A stretch of 64,000 nucleotides of DNA from an uncultured Acidobacteriota bacterium (GCA_913043225.1 CAJWLU010000010.1:32001-96000); one strand, 5' to 3'. Shown: positions 1-11,450, counted from the first letter of the stretch. Numbers and translations: made by a program. Notes: generated by a model not told the origin, from the sequence alone.

Positions 1-1064
1 CCCCCACTAGCCGCCAGCGGCACGTAGAAGCCGGTGCGAGTCTCGGTAGACAACGCGATCCCGATGAGTCCGTCCGGTTGCGGGGCACCGCTAGTGGTCA
101 TCAGCCCCACCCCGCAGCGCCCGTGCTCGCGGACGTTCGCGACCACCGCGTCGAGTCCGTCCGGGTCGTCGATCAGTCGGTACTCAGTCGTGACACTCTC
201 GGCGGTTGGCGCGAACTCGGCCACCAGCGACTTGAAACCGAGCTCCGTGCAGAGCGTGAAGCAGCGCTCGCGGTCGGCGCCCTGGTAGCGGTAGCGGTCT
301 GGTTCATAGGGCACTGGCACGTCGGTGCGGATCTGGACCAGCGCGCGGCTCTGGTACGCATCGTCGGCGTGTTCGGTCAGCGCGGTCCGATACTTCTTCT
401 TGGTGAGCTCGGCGGCGGCCTCGAGCAGACGGTCCAGCGTCTCGTGAGTCGTGATGAGCTCGCGAGCGCCCTTTTCCCCAATGCCAGGCACCCCCTTCAC
501 GTTGTCGCTGGAGTCGCCCATCAGCGCCAGCACGTCGACCACTTGGTCCGGCCTGACCCCGAACCTCTCCACGACACCAGCAGCGTCGTACCAGACACCC
601 TCGTCACGCGGGTTGAACACCTGAACCTGATCGTTCACCAGTTGGAAGAAGTCTTTGTCGCCGGTGACCAGCACCACCTGCAGACCGTCCGCGGTGGCCC
701 GAGTGGCGAGGGTGCCGATGACATCGTCCGCCTCGACTCCCTTGTGAGTCACGATCGGCACGCCGAAAGCTGTGCACGCCTCGTGGACCCACGGCACCTG
801 TTCGACGAGGTCTTCCGGCATCGGCTGCCGGTTCGCCTTGTAGTCGGCCGAGAGTTCGTTCCGGAACGTCGGACCCCTCAGGTCGAACGCCGCCGCGACC
901 AGGGCGGGCTCGTGGTCTTCCAGCAGCTTCCGTAACATCGTGATGAACCCATAGACCGCGTTGGTCGACCGCCCGTCGGGGCCGGTCAGTTCCCGGATCG
1001 CGTGATAGGCGCGATACATCTGCGAGTTGCCGTCGATCAGGAACAGCCGCTGGTCTGAGGACAT
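1..1064 (-). CDS. polA: DNA polymerase I, N-terminal part (5'-3' exonuclease); runs off the window edge and is absent from the ORF track
   Basis: Manual translation from ATG 1064: MSSDQRLFLIDGNSQMYRAYHA...TNAVYGF...YKANR...EADDVIGTLA...TGDKD...GDSSDNVKGVPGIGEK. Confidence 0.96.
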   Translation of the reverse strand, partial: MSSDQRLFLIDGNSQMYRAYHAIRELTGPDGRSTNAVYGFITMLRKLLEDHEPALVAAAFDLRGPTFRNELSADYKANRQPMPEDLVEQVPWVHEACTAFGVPIVTHKGVEADDVIGTLATRATADGLQVVLVTGDKDFFQLVNDQVQVFNPRDEGVWYDAAGVVERFGVRPDQVVDVLALMGDSSDNVKGVPGIGEKGARELITTHETLDRLLEAAAELTKKKYRTALTEHADDAYQSRALVQIRTDVPVPYEPDRYRYQGADRERCFTLCTELGFKSLVAEFAPTAESVTTEYRLIDDPDGLDAVVANVREHGRCGVGLMTTSGAPQPDGLIGIALSTETRTGFYVPLAASG

Positions 1065-1243
1065 CTGGAAGGCAGGCAGTATATACCGCGCTCAGAGCGC
1101 GGTTGGTGCGGGGCGAGCGGGTCTTGCGGGTAAGGGTTTGGGTGCTGCTGAGCGTCAGGTAGAGAGTGCGCTGTGGACCAGCGCGCAAGCTCACGCGGGC
1201 GGCGTCGTCTCGCAGGTCGGTCGGAAGATGTGGGTCGAGGGAG

Positions 1244-1972
1244 CTACACGAAGATGATCGTCCCGATGCCGGCGACGATGAACACCACCTGGCGAACCGC
1301 GCCGACGTCCACCGCGTCGCGGTGTAGTCCCGGGATCAGGTCAGACATGGCCACATACAAAAAGCTCCCGGCGGCGAAAGCCAGGATGTAGGGAAGTACG
1401 AGCGGGGTCCAGCTCGAGGCCCCCCAGACGGCGGTCGCCCCAACGGCGCAGGTCGAAGCCGACAGGGCATTTAAGGCGAAGGCGCGCGCGCGCGAGTAAC
1501 CGGCATCGAGGAGGATGGCGTAGTCGCTGACCTCCTGTGGGATCTGATGTGCCGCGACTGCGAGTGCCGTGGTCAGGCCCAAGGGGACCGACGTTAGGAG
1601 GGCGGCGCCGACGACGGCGCCGTCGGTGAGGTTGTGCAGCGCTCCGCCGATCAGCACCAGCGGCGCGCTCGCGTCGTGGGCCTCGCAGTCGTCCGTGTGG
1701 CAGTGCCGCCACAGGACGAACTTTTCCAGCATGAAGAAGGTGAGGATGCCAGCGAGGAGCGCGCCTAGGGCCGCCGTCGTGCTGAGGCTCTCGAGCGCCT
1801 CGGGCACCAGGGCCAGCATCGCCACTCCGAGCAGCGTGCCGACAGCGTAGCTAATTAGACCGGGGACGACCTGGTGCCGGCGTCGCTGCTCAACTAGGAG
1901 CAGCGGCGCGGCCAGGACCACACCGCCCCCGCTCCCCAGCAGACTCAGACCGACCGCAGCGAGCAATTCCAC
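1244..1972 (-). CDS. ZIP family divalent metal transporter
   Basis: Multi-TM protein with a His/Cys loop (WRHCHTDDCEAH), HNLTDG, HQIPQE and AAGSFLYVAMSDLIP. Confidence 0.9.
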   Translation of the reverse strand: MELLAAVGLSLLGSGGGVVLAAPLLLVEQRRRHQVVPGLISYAVGTLLGVAMLALVPEALESLSTTAALGALLAGILTFFMLEKFVLWRHCHTDDCEAHDASAPLVLIGGALHNLTDGAVVGAALLTSVPLGLTTALAVAAHQIPQEVSDYAILLDAGYSRARAFALNALSASTCAVGATAVWGASSWTPLVLPYILAFAAGSFLYVAMSDLIPGLHRDAVDVGAVRQVVFIVAGIGTIIFV

Positions 1973-2000
1973 GCGCGAGATGTTATCGCGAACGTTCGGA

Positions 2001-3041
2001 TCACGGGGTGGCCGTGTAACCGCGGCGCGCCCGCACCCGATATTGGCGGTCCTTTACCTCGACGCGGATGCTGTGCCAGTGCCCGTCTCGCTCGGCTTGG
2101 GCGGGATAGCCTAGGTAGTACTGCTGGTTCAGCTCGCGCGCGATGCCCTCGGTGGCCGGATCAAGGTCGTCGGCGTTCCGGATGATCTCGGTTCGTCCCC
2201 CGCTGTCGTCGGTTAGGTCGCGGAGCGCGGCAACATTGACCCGATCGTCTCGGCTCTGGTTGATCTGCCGGCGCCCTTGCGGAATCGGGGAGCGGCGGCC
2301 TCCGCCTGGAAACGGTAGCGGGGTCGAGGGTGGGATCCCGATCTGCGGGCCGCCCCTGTTCCAGCCTCGGCGCCGCGAATCACCGTCGATCCCGATGGCG
2401 TACACGAGCGCTTCGTTTTCCCGGATCATCGACTGGAGCTCGCGGACGTTGATCTCACTGTTGGTGTCGTTACCGTCCGAGATGACGAGCACCGCCTTCT
2501 TCCGGTGTCGTCCCTCTGCCACCTGGGGCACCGACTCGGCGACCGCGTCGTACATCGCCGTGCCGCCGTTCGGACGGAGAGTGCGCAAAGCCTGGCTCAG
2601 TCGATCCCGATTCGTGGTCCAGTCCTGCACCAGTTGAGGGGTGTAGTTGAACTCGTAGACGAACACTTCATCATCGGGACCCAGCAGGTCGTAGAGGAAC
2701 CGGTCGAGCGCGTCCCAGGCCGCGTTCATCTTGCGGCCGTCCATGCTGCCGCTCGTGTCCAGCGCGATCCCCAGGCTGACCGGTACGCGGTCGTTGTTGA
2801 AGTGCGTGATCTCGACCGGTTGGTCGTCCTCGTAGACGAGGAAGTCGTCCTGGGTCAGACCGTTCACGAATCGGCCACGTCGGTCGGTCACGGTGGCCGA
2901 GATGTTGATCAGCTCGATGCCGGTGCGGAAGACGAAGGTTGTGTCTTCCGGAGGGGTGTCCGGCGGCTGCTGACCGCTGACCACGATCGGGATTGTAGCC
3001 GCCGTGGCCAACACGACGACCTGATGGCGTCCCCAACTCAC
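2001..3041 (-). CDS. Secreted VWA domain protein (acidobacterial VWFA-related type)
   Basis: Signal peptide, FRTGIELINISATVTD, MIDAS DTSGS, GTAMYDA, ISDGND, C-terminal VRARRGY. Confidence 0.9.
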   Translation of the reverse strand: MSWGRHQVVVLATAATIPIVVSGQQPPDTPPEDTTFVFRTGIELINISATVTDRRGRFVNGLTQDDFLVYEDDQPVEITHFNNDRVPVSLGIALDTSGSMDGRKMNAAWDALDRFLYDLLGPDDEVFVYEFNYTPQLVQDWTTNRDRLSQALRTLRPNGGTAMYDAVAESVPQVAEGRHRKKAVLVISDGNDTNSEINVRELQSMIRENEALVYAIGIDGDSRRRGWNRGGPQIGIPPSTPLPFPGGGRRSPIPQGRRQINQSRDDRVNVAALRDLTDDSGGRTEIIRNADDLDPATEGIARELNQQYYLGYPAQAERDGHWHSIRVEVKDRQYRVRARRGYTATP

Positions 3042-3768
3042 GGCTGATCTCCTGCGCCGCGTCGATCGATGTGCGGCAGACTCGATTGGGCTTCGATGAA
3101 GCTGACCCGATAGCGGTTGATTCGGTCTGCGTCCGGCAGCGCGATCTTGAACGGAATCTCCCTGCCCGGCTGTAGCACCTCGATATCGAGCGGCGTCTGC
3201 CCCCGGCCCACCACGTCGCCGTCACGGCTGAAGACCGTCGCGGCGACGCTCAGCTGCCGTCGTTCCATTCCGTCGGCTGGGTTTCGAATGGTGCCGCGGA
3301 TAGCGAGAAAGTCTCCTTCACGAGCGTGGTCGAGCGATAGTAGCTCGACCGGAAGGCTGGTCGACGCCGGGGCCGCCGTCTGGGCCGACGGCCAGAGGGC
3401 GCCGATGGCAATTGCCGTGGCTACCACTCCCACGGCCGCCACGCCAAGCAGCGGTCGACCCGGGGGGGGGCATCGGTGGCCTCAGTGGCGAACAGTCCGT
3501 TGTCGGGCAGGATGCTGCGTCTACCGGAAGGGACGGTGTAGATGGAGTCCGGGGGTGTGTCCCCCACGCCACGCGCGGTTGGCCGGCCCGCGGGTCGGTC
3601 GAGGGGCTCCTGGCGGCCGGAGCGGACGCGTTCTAGCTCCGACATCAGGCTGGCGATTCTTGCATCGGCCCGGCGCCGCTCTTCCCTCAGCAGACGCCAG
3701 GTCACGATGCCCATCGCGAAGGCCATCGTGAGTGAGATCACGGTAACGGCGAACAGCGCGATATCCAT
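3038..3768 (-). pseudogene. Membrane protein with C-terminal FxLYD-like Ig domain, split by a frameshift in a G9 run (ORFs 3421-3768 and 3038-3442)
   Basis: Adding one base to the G run at 3462-3470 joins the two ORFs into one 243-aa frame (...TDAPPPGRPLLGVAAVGVV...); RBS GAGGAG upstream of ATG 3768. Confidence 0.65.
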
Positions 3769-4107
3769 GCGTCCGTCTCCTCGGCGCGAACCTCTAAGTC
3801 CGCGCTACCGAACGAGAAACCGACAGCGTCCTCGACGAGCACGGCCACCGGGGTGACTTGGCTGTTCGCCGGCGAGAACCACCATTGTCGCACCGTCGAT
3901 GCGGCTTCTTCATCTAGACTCGATCCCAGCCTGCGGAGTACATGCACCTTATCGACCGAGCCCTCGGCGGTCACGACAATCTCAAGCCAGATCTCGCCCT
4001 CCAGTCCGGCGCGGTGCGCCCGATCCGTGTGGTCCGGCACAACCTCGCGCTGTAGTCGAGGTTCCAGAATTGCAAGACTCTTGCCGGGTCCGAGAGAACA
4101 CGAATAC
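3738..4107 (-). pseudogene. Decayed TonB C-terminal domain
   Basis: EPRLQREVVPDHTDRAHRAGLEGEIWLEIVVTAEGSVDKVHVLRRLGSSLDEEAASTVRQWWFSPA; in-frame TAG just upstream, no TM anchor or Pro-rich linker, frame overruns the next start codon. Confidence 0.7.
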
Positions 4108-4215
4108 TAGGCTTCTCGGACATTTGACGCCGGGTCTTTGGGTACGGCTGGCCGAGGGGGTGCCGCCGATGTGAAACGGTCGTCCGTCGGTGGGGGTGAG
4201 TGTGTCCTGCAGAGG

Positions 4216-4788
4216 TCAGGCGCCGGCGTCCTGACCTGGCTTCATCCCCTCGGTGAATAGCCATCCCTCGCGCTCGGCCAGCGTGCGAACCGGGTGGAAG
4301 CCTTCGGCCTTCAGGGCCGCTTCGGCACCGCCCTGGTTCCGGTAGTGCGGGTCCATGGTGCGGGAGGAGAACAGCGCTCCGAGTCCACCCCGTGGCGCAG
4401 TCTCGATCACGACCACCCGGCCGCCCACCCGTAGCACCTGGTTTACCGCCTGTAGGGTGCCGACACGCTCGTGAGGGCGCATCGAGCCAATCAGTTCGGG
4501 CACGACGACGGCGTCGAACCAGCCCTGAGCGAAGGGTGGAGTGCGCAGGGGCGCCACTTTGACTTCCACGAGGACGCCCTGGCGTTCGGCGGCCTTGCTC
4601 ACCTGGTCCGCCCCACCCTGATCGGGGACCAGCGCGGCCGCCTGGCCACTCAATCCGACCTTGGCCGCAAGCATCGCGGCGAGCTTAGGGTCCTCGGCGC
4701 CCACCTGGAGGACACGGTCGCCCATCTTGACGCCGGTCATGACCGTACGCAGGTCCTCTTCTCCGCGGATCTTCTTGAAAAAGGACAT
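4216..4788 (-). CDS. Class I SAM-dependent methyltransferase-like protein (degenerate motif I)
   Basis: GVKMGDRVLQVGAED, PFAQGWFDAVV, VLRVGGRVVVIE; start set at ATG 4788. Confidence 0.7.
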   Translation of the reverse strand: MSFFKKIRGEEDLRTVMTGVKMGDRVLQVGAEDPKLAAMLAAKVGLSGQAAALVPDQGGADQVSKAAERQGVLVEVKVAPLRTPPFAQGWFDAVVVPELIGSMRPHERVGTLQAVNQVLRVGGRVVVIETAPRGGLGALFSSRTMDPHYRNQGGAEAALKAEGFHPVRTLAEREGWLFTEGMKPGQDAGA

Positions 4789-4878
4789 GTTGGAGAGACG
4801 ACCCGACTCGACGCGGGCTCCGGTCACGACGGAGCCCGCGTCCGGGTCCCCCTGGGCGCCATGATATAGTGACCGGCC

Positions 4879-6192
4879 GTGAAACACCCAGTCGAAATCG
4901 CCCCCGCCTCGGGCAAGCTCGGAGTCTTGCTTGTCGGGATGGGTGCGGTCAGCACCACGTTCATCGCCGGCACTCTGCTGATTCGCAGGGGTTTGGCGCC
5001 GGCCATCGGTTCGCTCGCAGAGATGGGCACCGTTCGTCTAGGCAAACGCAACGAGGGACGCTCGCCGCTCATCAAGGAGTTTGTGCAGCTTGCCGGGCTC
5101 GACGACCTCGTGTTCGGCGCCTGGGATATCTTCGAGGAGAACGGCTTCGAGGCCGCCACTACCGCCGGCGTGATCGAGCCGGCGCTCCTCGAGCAGATCC
5201 GCCCGGAACTTGAGGCGATCACGCCGTGGCCGGCGGTGTTCGATCAGAAATACGTCAAACGTCTGGCTGGCACCAACGTGAAGACCGGCCCTACCAAGCT
5301 CGATCTGGCCGAACAGCTGCGTGACGACATCCGTCGCTTCAAGGAGGAGCACAGCGTCGAGCGGCTGGTCATGATCTGGTGCGGCAGCACCGAGATCTTC
5401 ATGACACCGAGCGATGCGCACCAGTCGCTCGAGGCGTTCGAGGCGGCCATGGCGGCCAATGCCGACGAGATTTCGTCGAGCATGGTCTACGCCTATGCGG
5501 CCTTGAAGGAGGGGATCCCCTACGCGAACGCTGCGCCGAACCTCAGCGCCGACGTGCCTGCGCTCGATCAGCTGGCGCTCGATATGGGGTCGCCGGTGTG
5601 CGGCAAAGACCTGAAGACCGGTCAGACCCTGATCAAGACGATCGTGGCGCCCGGGCTCAAGGCTCGTCTTATCGGGGTGTCGGGCTGGTACTCGACCAAC
5701 ATCCTCGGGAACCGGGATGGCGAGGTGCTAGACGATCCCGAGTCGTTCAAGACGAAGGAGGAGAGCAAGAAGTCGGTACTCGACTATATCCTCCAGCCCG
5801 ACCTCTATCCGGAGCTGTACGACGAACTCTGTCATGTCGTCCGCATCAACTATTACCCTCCGCGTGGCGACAATAAGGAAGGCTGGGACAACATTGATCT
5901 GGTCGGGTGGCTTGGCTATCCGATGCAGCTGAAGATCAACTTCCTGTGCCGCGACAGTATCCTCGCCGCGCCCATCGTGCTCGATCTTGTGCTTTTCCTC
6001 GATCTGGCCAAGCGGGCCGGCATGAGCGGCATCCAGGAGTGGCTGTCGTTCTACTTTAAGAGCCCGGTTCACGCCCCCGGGCTGTATCCTGAGCACGACC
6101 TCTTCATTCAGCTCATGAAGCTAAAGAACACGTTGCGCTACATGCGCGGCGAAGAGCTCATCACGCACCTCGGCCTCGAGTACTACGACTAG
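4879..6192 (+). CDS. ino1: Myo-inositol-1-phosphate synthase
   Basis: GMGAVSTT NAD-binding motif, GKDLKTGQT, NILGNRDG, PPRGDNKEGWD, RDSILAAP. Confidence 0.95.
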   Translation: MKHPVEIAPASGKLGVLLVGMGAVSTTFIAGTLLIRRGLAPAIGSLAEMGTVRLGKRNEGRSPLIKEFVQLAGLDDLVFGAWDIFEENGFEAATTAGVIEPALLEQIRPELEAITPWPAVFDQKYVKRLAGTNVKTGPTKLDLAEQLRDDIRRFKEEHSVERLVMIWCGSTEIFMTPSDAHQSLEAFEAAMAANADEISSSMVYAYAALKEGIPYANAAPNLSADVPALDQLALDMGSPVCGKDLKTGQTLIKTIVAPGLKARLIGVSGWYSTNILGNRDGEVLDDPESFKTKEESKKSVLDYILQPDLYPELYDELCHVVRINYYPPRGDNKEGWDNIDLVGWLGYPMQLKINFLCRDSILAAPIVLDLVLFLDLAKRAGMSGIQEWLSFYFKSPVHAPGLYPEHDLFIQLMKLKNTLRYMRGEELITHLGLEYYD

Positions 6193-6213
6193 ACGCCTGC
6201 CACCAGGGTCACG

Positions 6214-6696
6214 ATGCCCCCATTTCAGCCGGTCCTCCTGGGCGGTTTGTTTAATGGCGTGCTTTCGTCGCTGCCGTTCATCTCGCTGGGGAACTGCTGC
6301 TGTCTGTGGGTCACCGGCGGGGGAGTCGTGACGGCCTACCTCCTGCAGGAACGGACGCCTCGACCGATCGAGCTTCATGACGGAGCGTTCGGTGGGTTCC
6401 TGGCCGGTATCGTCGGGGCCTTTATCATCGGCCTGGTGGGGATCGTAACCGCGCCAATGCAGATCGATTCTATTGAGGAGGAGCTGCGGACGCTGCCGCC
6501 CGAGATGCTGCAGTTCGTCGACGTCGAAGCGCTGATCGCCGGCAACGGGCTGCTCCTGACCATGATCAGCTTCTTCCTCTCACTCGTCATTGGCGCCATC
6601 TTCTCGACGCTTGGTGGTCTGCTGGGCGCGCTCTTCTTCCGCCGAAACAAGCCGCGGGTGATTGGGTCGCCCCCCTCGGCCACAGCCGTGCCATGA
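6214..6696 (+). CDS. Four-TM membrane protein with a CCC motif, unknown function
   Basis: Hydrophobic helices and GNCCCLW. Confidence 0.75.
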   Translation: MPPFQPVLLGGLFNGVLSSLPFISLGNCCCLWVTGGGVVTAYLLQERTPRPIELHDGAFGGFLAGIVGAFIIGLVGIVTAPMQIDSIEEELRTLPPEMLQFVDVEALIAGNGLLLTMISFFLSLVIGAIFSTLGGLLGALFFRRNKPRVIGSPPSATAVP

Positions 6697-6732
6697 GTCA
6701 GCTGCTCGATTCGCTCCGGGGCGGGAAGCTCC

Positions 6733-6774
6733 ATAGAAGTGCTGGGGCACAAGATAGAAGTGCTAGAACACAAG
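6733..6774. repeat. 21-bp tandem direct repeat upstream of the ABC ATPase
   Basis: ATAGAAGTGCTGGGGCACAAG followed by ATAGAAGTGCTAGAACACAAG (18/21 identical). Confidence 0.8.
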
Positions 6775-6785
6775 GTGTCACGCGC

Positions 6786-7499
6786 ATGGCGATCATTGAA
6801 ACCCGCGACCTCTGGAAGACTTACCGCATGGGCAGCGAGGACATCCATGCGCTGCGAGGCGTGTCCATCGAGATTGAGCGGGGCGAGTATGTCGCCATCA
6901 TGGGTCCATCGGGATCCGGCAAATCCACCCTAATGAATTTGATCGGGTGCCTCGATACGCCGTCGAAAGGTAGCTACCTGCTGAACGGCCATCAGGTGCG
7001 CCAGCTTGACGACGACGAGTTGGCCCGGATCCGGAACGAAGAGATCGGGTTCGTCTTCCAGACCTTCAACTTACTGCCTCGCGCGACCGCTCTTCACAAC
7101 GTCGAGCTTCCGCTCGTCTACGCCGGCATAGCTGGCTCGGACCGTCGCGCGCAGGCCCTGCAGGCACTCGAGCGGGTCGAGTTGGCCGACCGAGTCGGAC
7201 ATCGTCCGAATGAGCTTTCTGGTGGTCAGCGACAGCGTGTCGCTATCGCGCGGGCGCTAGTCAATACCCCGTCGATCCTGCTCGCGGATGAGCCGACAGG
7301 TAACCTCGACTCCAAGACGGGGCTCGAGATCATGAGTCTGTTCGAGCGGCTGCACGCGACCGGCAACACGATCGTGCTCATCACGCACGAACCGGAGATC
7401 GCCGAGTACGCGCACAGGGTTATTCACCTTCGCGACGGCCAGGTGGAGGAGGATGTACGCCAGGCGCACCGTTCGCCCGCCATGGGCGCTACGCCCTGA
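6786..7499 (+). CDS. ABC transporter ATP-binding protein (MacB/LolD type)
   Basis: [36 protein letters not shown]; start set at ATG 6786. Confidence 0.93.
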   Translation: MAIIETRDLWKTYRMGSEDIHALRGVSIEIERGEYVAIMGPSGSGKSTLMNLIGCLDTPSKGSYLLNGHQVRQLDDDELARIRNEEIGFVFQTFNLLPRATALHNVELPLVYAGIAGSDRRAQALQALERVELADRVGHRPNELSGGQRQRVAIARALVNTPSILLADEPTGNLDSKTGLEIMSLFERLHATGNTIVLITHEPEIAEYAHRVIHLRDGQVEEDVRQAHRSPAMGATP

Positions 7500-7657
7500 G
7501 CCCCCGTTATTCGCACATGCGACTTGAGGAAACCTCACCACTGCGTTCCCCTCGGCAGCCGCAGTTAGCCGGCGATGCGTGACGTGAGTTTTGGCGTTTC
7601 GGCCGAGTGTCCGCTTCTGGAAGCTGGGCCCTGGCGTGATCTCGGGTCGTGGAGTCT

Positions 7658-9205
<1,548 letters not shown>

Positions 9206-9263
9206 CGCGGCCGATTGTAGTAGATCCGCGAACCGCGACGATGGAGTTACAGCCGTCATGGTC

Positions 9264-9292
9264 TTGACATAACTATATATAGTGTCTACGAT
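9264..9292 (+). promoter_or_regulatory. sigma70-type promoter for the 9466-9816 gene
   Basis: TTGACA-17 bp-TACGAT. Confidence 0.75.
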
Positions 9293-9316
9293 TCCCATCG
9301 GCTCTACATTTAGTTG
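9270..9316. promoter_or_regulatory. Tandem NrdR boxes
   Basis: TAACTATATATAGTGT (9270-9285) and GCTCTACATTTAGTTG (9301-9316), 31 bp apart, versus consensus acaCwAtATaTwGtgt. Confidence 0.75.
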
Positions 9317-9465
9317 CCTCCCTTGATGATCCTGGTTCGGTTTCAGCCTCGCCAAGAGGCATCGTTCGCCGGTCAGACCGGGGTGTCCACAGCACATGTG
9401 CCATACGGCGGCCCCAGACCCGCCTGGCGGCAGGCCACCATGCCGCCCGTCGAGGAGGTTCCAGG

Positions 9466-9816
9466 ATGGACGATGTCGTGAACCGTTTATCTCGAGAACT
9501 CGCTACCGCGATGGCCGCTGCCGTAGCCGACGATCAGCGGGTAGAAGCCTGCCATGAGAAGGCTCGGGCGGCTGGCTACGACATGAAGGTCTCGCTCGAG
9601 GCGGTGATCGGTTTTGCGAGTCGGTTGGATGAGAAGCGCCTCGCGCCTGCGGCGGTACGCGCCGAGGGCGAAACGGCCTCGGATGCATCGGCAGCCAATG
9701 AAAATCAGGCCGAGTCGAGCGGAGTGCGTCGTGCCGCCGCTGAGGTCATGAGCTCCAACGACCGCCGTTTCCTGCGCTCGCTCCGGATCGCCGCCGACGA
9801 GACACCGCGGGCGTAG
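9466..9816 (+). CDS. Small hypothetical protein
   Basis: RBS GAGGAGG; helical N-terminus, [14 protein letters not shown], low-complexity linker, [11 protein letters not shown]. Confidence 0.85.
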   Translation: MDDVVNRLSRELATAMAAAVADDQRVEACHEKARAAGYDMKVSLEAVIGFASRLDEKRLAPAAVRAEGETASDASAANENQAESSGVRRAAAEVMSSNDRRFLRSLRIAADETPRA

Positions 9817-9826
9817 GGGTTCGCCT

Positions 9827-11377
9827 CTACGACCACTCCCGGAGGTCGCGACCGGTCATCTGTGCCGGTGGCAAGATTCCTAGTACCCCGAGCATCGTCG
9901 GGGCCACGTCCCGCAAGGACCCGTTCCGCATCGGCATTCCGGCTTTCAGTCCCTGGGCCACCATCAGCACGGGCACCGGGTTGGTGGTGTGCGCTGTGTG
10001 CGGACCACGGCGTTCTTCATCCCACATCTGTTCCGCGTTGCCATGATCGGCGGTTATCAACAGGGTGGCGTCGGCCCCCAGTACTGCTGTGACGATGCGT
10101 TCGAGACACTGATCGAGACTCTCGACCGCCGCAACGGTTGCGTCCATGTCGCCCGTGTGTCCCACCATGTCGGCATTGGCGAAGTTGCAGATGATCACGT
10201 CGTGCCGGCGCGCTCTTAGGTCCGCGACCAGATGGTCGGTGATACCGGCGGCGCTCATCTCTGGCTGGAGGTCGTAGGTTGGCACCTTGGGTGAGGGCAC
10301 CAGGATGCGCTCTTCCCCGGCTGTGGGCGTTTCCTCTCCGCAATTAAAGAAGTAGGTGACATGGGCGTACTTCTCGGTTTCGGCGAGACGAAGGTTGGTG
10401 CGTCCGTGCTGGCTCAGTACGTCAGCCAGGTTGCCTGAGAAGGCCTGCGGTGGGAAGGCCACCGGCATGCTGAAGGTGGCGTCGTACTCGGTGAGGGTCA
10501 GCATCCGGAGTCGAGGGCGTCTCGAGCGTGTGAACCCGTCGAAGTCGTCGAAGGCTAGCGCCCGCGTCAACTGTCTGGCCCGGTCCGCGCGATAGTTGAA
10601 GAAGATCACAGCGTCGTCGTCGTCCGGCCGCCCGATCGGAGTCCCTCGCTCGTCGACCACCACGCTCGGTTCGACGAACTCATCGGTTACCTCGTTGGCG
10701 TAGGACTCCGCGACCAGCGCCATCGGATCCGTGCCAGTGGTCCCGATGCCCGAGACGATCGCATCGTAGGCCCGCTGAGTGCGTTCCCAGCGCTTATCTC
10801 GATCCATCGCGTGGTAGCGACCGCAGATGCTGGCGATTCGAGCGCGGCCGGACTCACGACAAACCTGATCTAGCGTGGCTAGATACCCGCTGCCTCCGGT
10901 TGGAGCCGTGTCGCGCCCATCGGTGAAGGCGTGAACGAAGACCCGCTCGACGCCCCGTCGAGCTGCCAGACGCACGATGGCCTCGAGGTGCCGCTGATGC
11001 GAGTGCACGCCGCCGTCAGAAACGAGTCCCACCAGATGAAGGGCTCGGCGCTGACTGACGCAGTGCTCGAGTGTGGCGGAGAGGGCGACGTTGGTGTCGA
11101 GCGCGCCGTCTGCGATCGCCTGATCGATGCGCGTCAGATCCTGGAACACGACTCGTCCCGCACCCAGGTTCATGTGACCCACCTCAGAGTTGCCCATCTG
11201 GCCGGCGGGGAGCCCGACCGCTTCACCACATGTCGTGAGGAGCGAGGAGGGATACGTTTCGCGGAGTGCCTGATAGATCGGCGTGCGGGCGGTCCGGATC
11301 GCGTTGCCCTCGGGGCGAGCCGCTTCGCCCCAGCCGTCGAAGACGACGAGGACGATAGGTCGAGGAGTGCTGGTCAT
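9827..11377 (-). CDS. gpmI: 2,3-bisphosphoglycerate-independent phosphoglycerate mutase
   Basis: DGWG, GQMGNSEVGH, SDGGVHSH, AETEKYAHVT, DMVGHTG, TADHGNAE; start set at ATG 11377. Confidence 0.96.
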   Translation of the reverse strand: MTSTPRPIVLVVFDGWGEAARPEGNAIRTARTPIYQALRETYPSSLLTTCGEAVGLPAGQMGNSEVGHMNLGAGRVVFQDLTRIDQAIADGALDTNVALSATLEHCVSQRRALHLVGLVSDGGVHSHQRHLEAIVRLAARRGVERVFVHAFTDGRDTAPTGGSGYLATLDQVCRESGRARIASICGRYHAMDRDKRWERTQRAYDAIVSGIGTTGTDPMALVAESYANEVTDEFVEPSVVVDERGTPIGRPDDDDAVIFFNYRADRARQLTRALAFDDFDGFTRSRRPRLRMLTLTEYDATFSMPVAFPPQAFSGNLADVLSQHGRTNLRLAETEKYAHVTYFFNCGEETPTAGEERILVPSPKVPTYDLQPEMSAAGITDHLVADLRARRHDVIICNFANADMVGHTGDMDATVAAVESLDQCLERIVTAVLGADATLLITADHGNAEQMWDEERRGPHTAHTTNPVPVLMVAQGLKAGMPMRNGSLRDVAPTMLGVLGILPPAQMTGRDLREWS

Positions 11378-11450
11378 GGATTGCCAGGCAGATTCGCGGC
11401 CGGATGATATCACGTGGCCGGAGAACGGCGCCGGGCGTGAACTCTCGCAG

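Noticed and set aside
78..935. Long antisense ORFs (78-935, 23663-24877, 46435-47397, 48827-49960, 56677-57708, 62140-63180)
   Set aside because: Shadow frames opposite well-supported genes, expected in high-GC DNA
9206..9397. N-terminal extensions in the ORF track (mutase, also 22980-23330, 41833-42021, 56865-57242, 63217-63630)
   Set aside because: They overlap promoters or neighbouring genes; downstream starts fit the family N-termini
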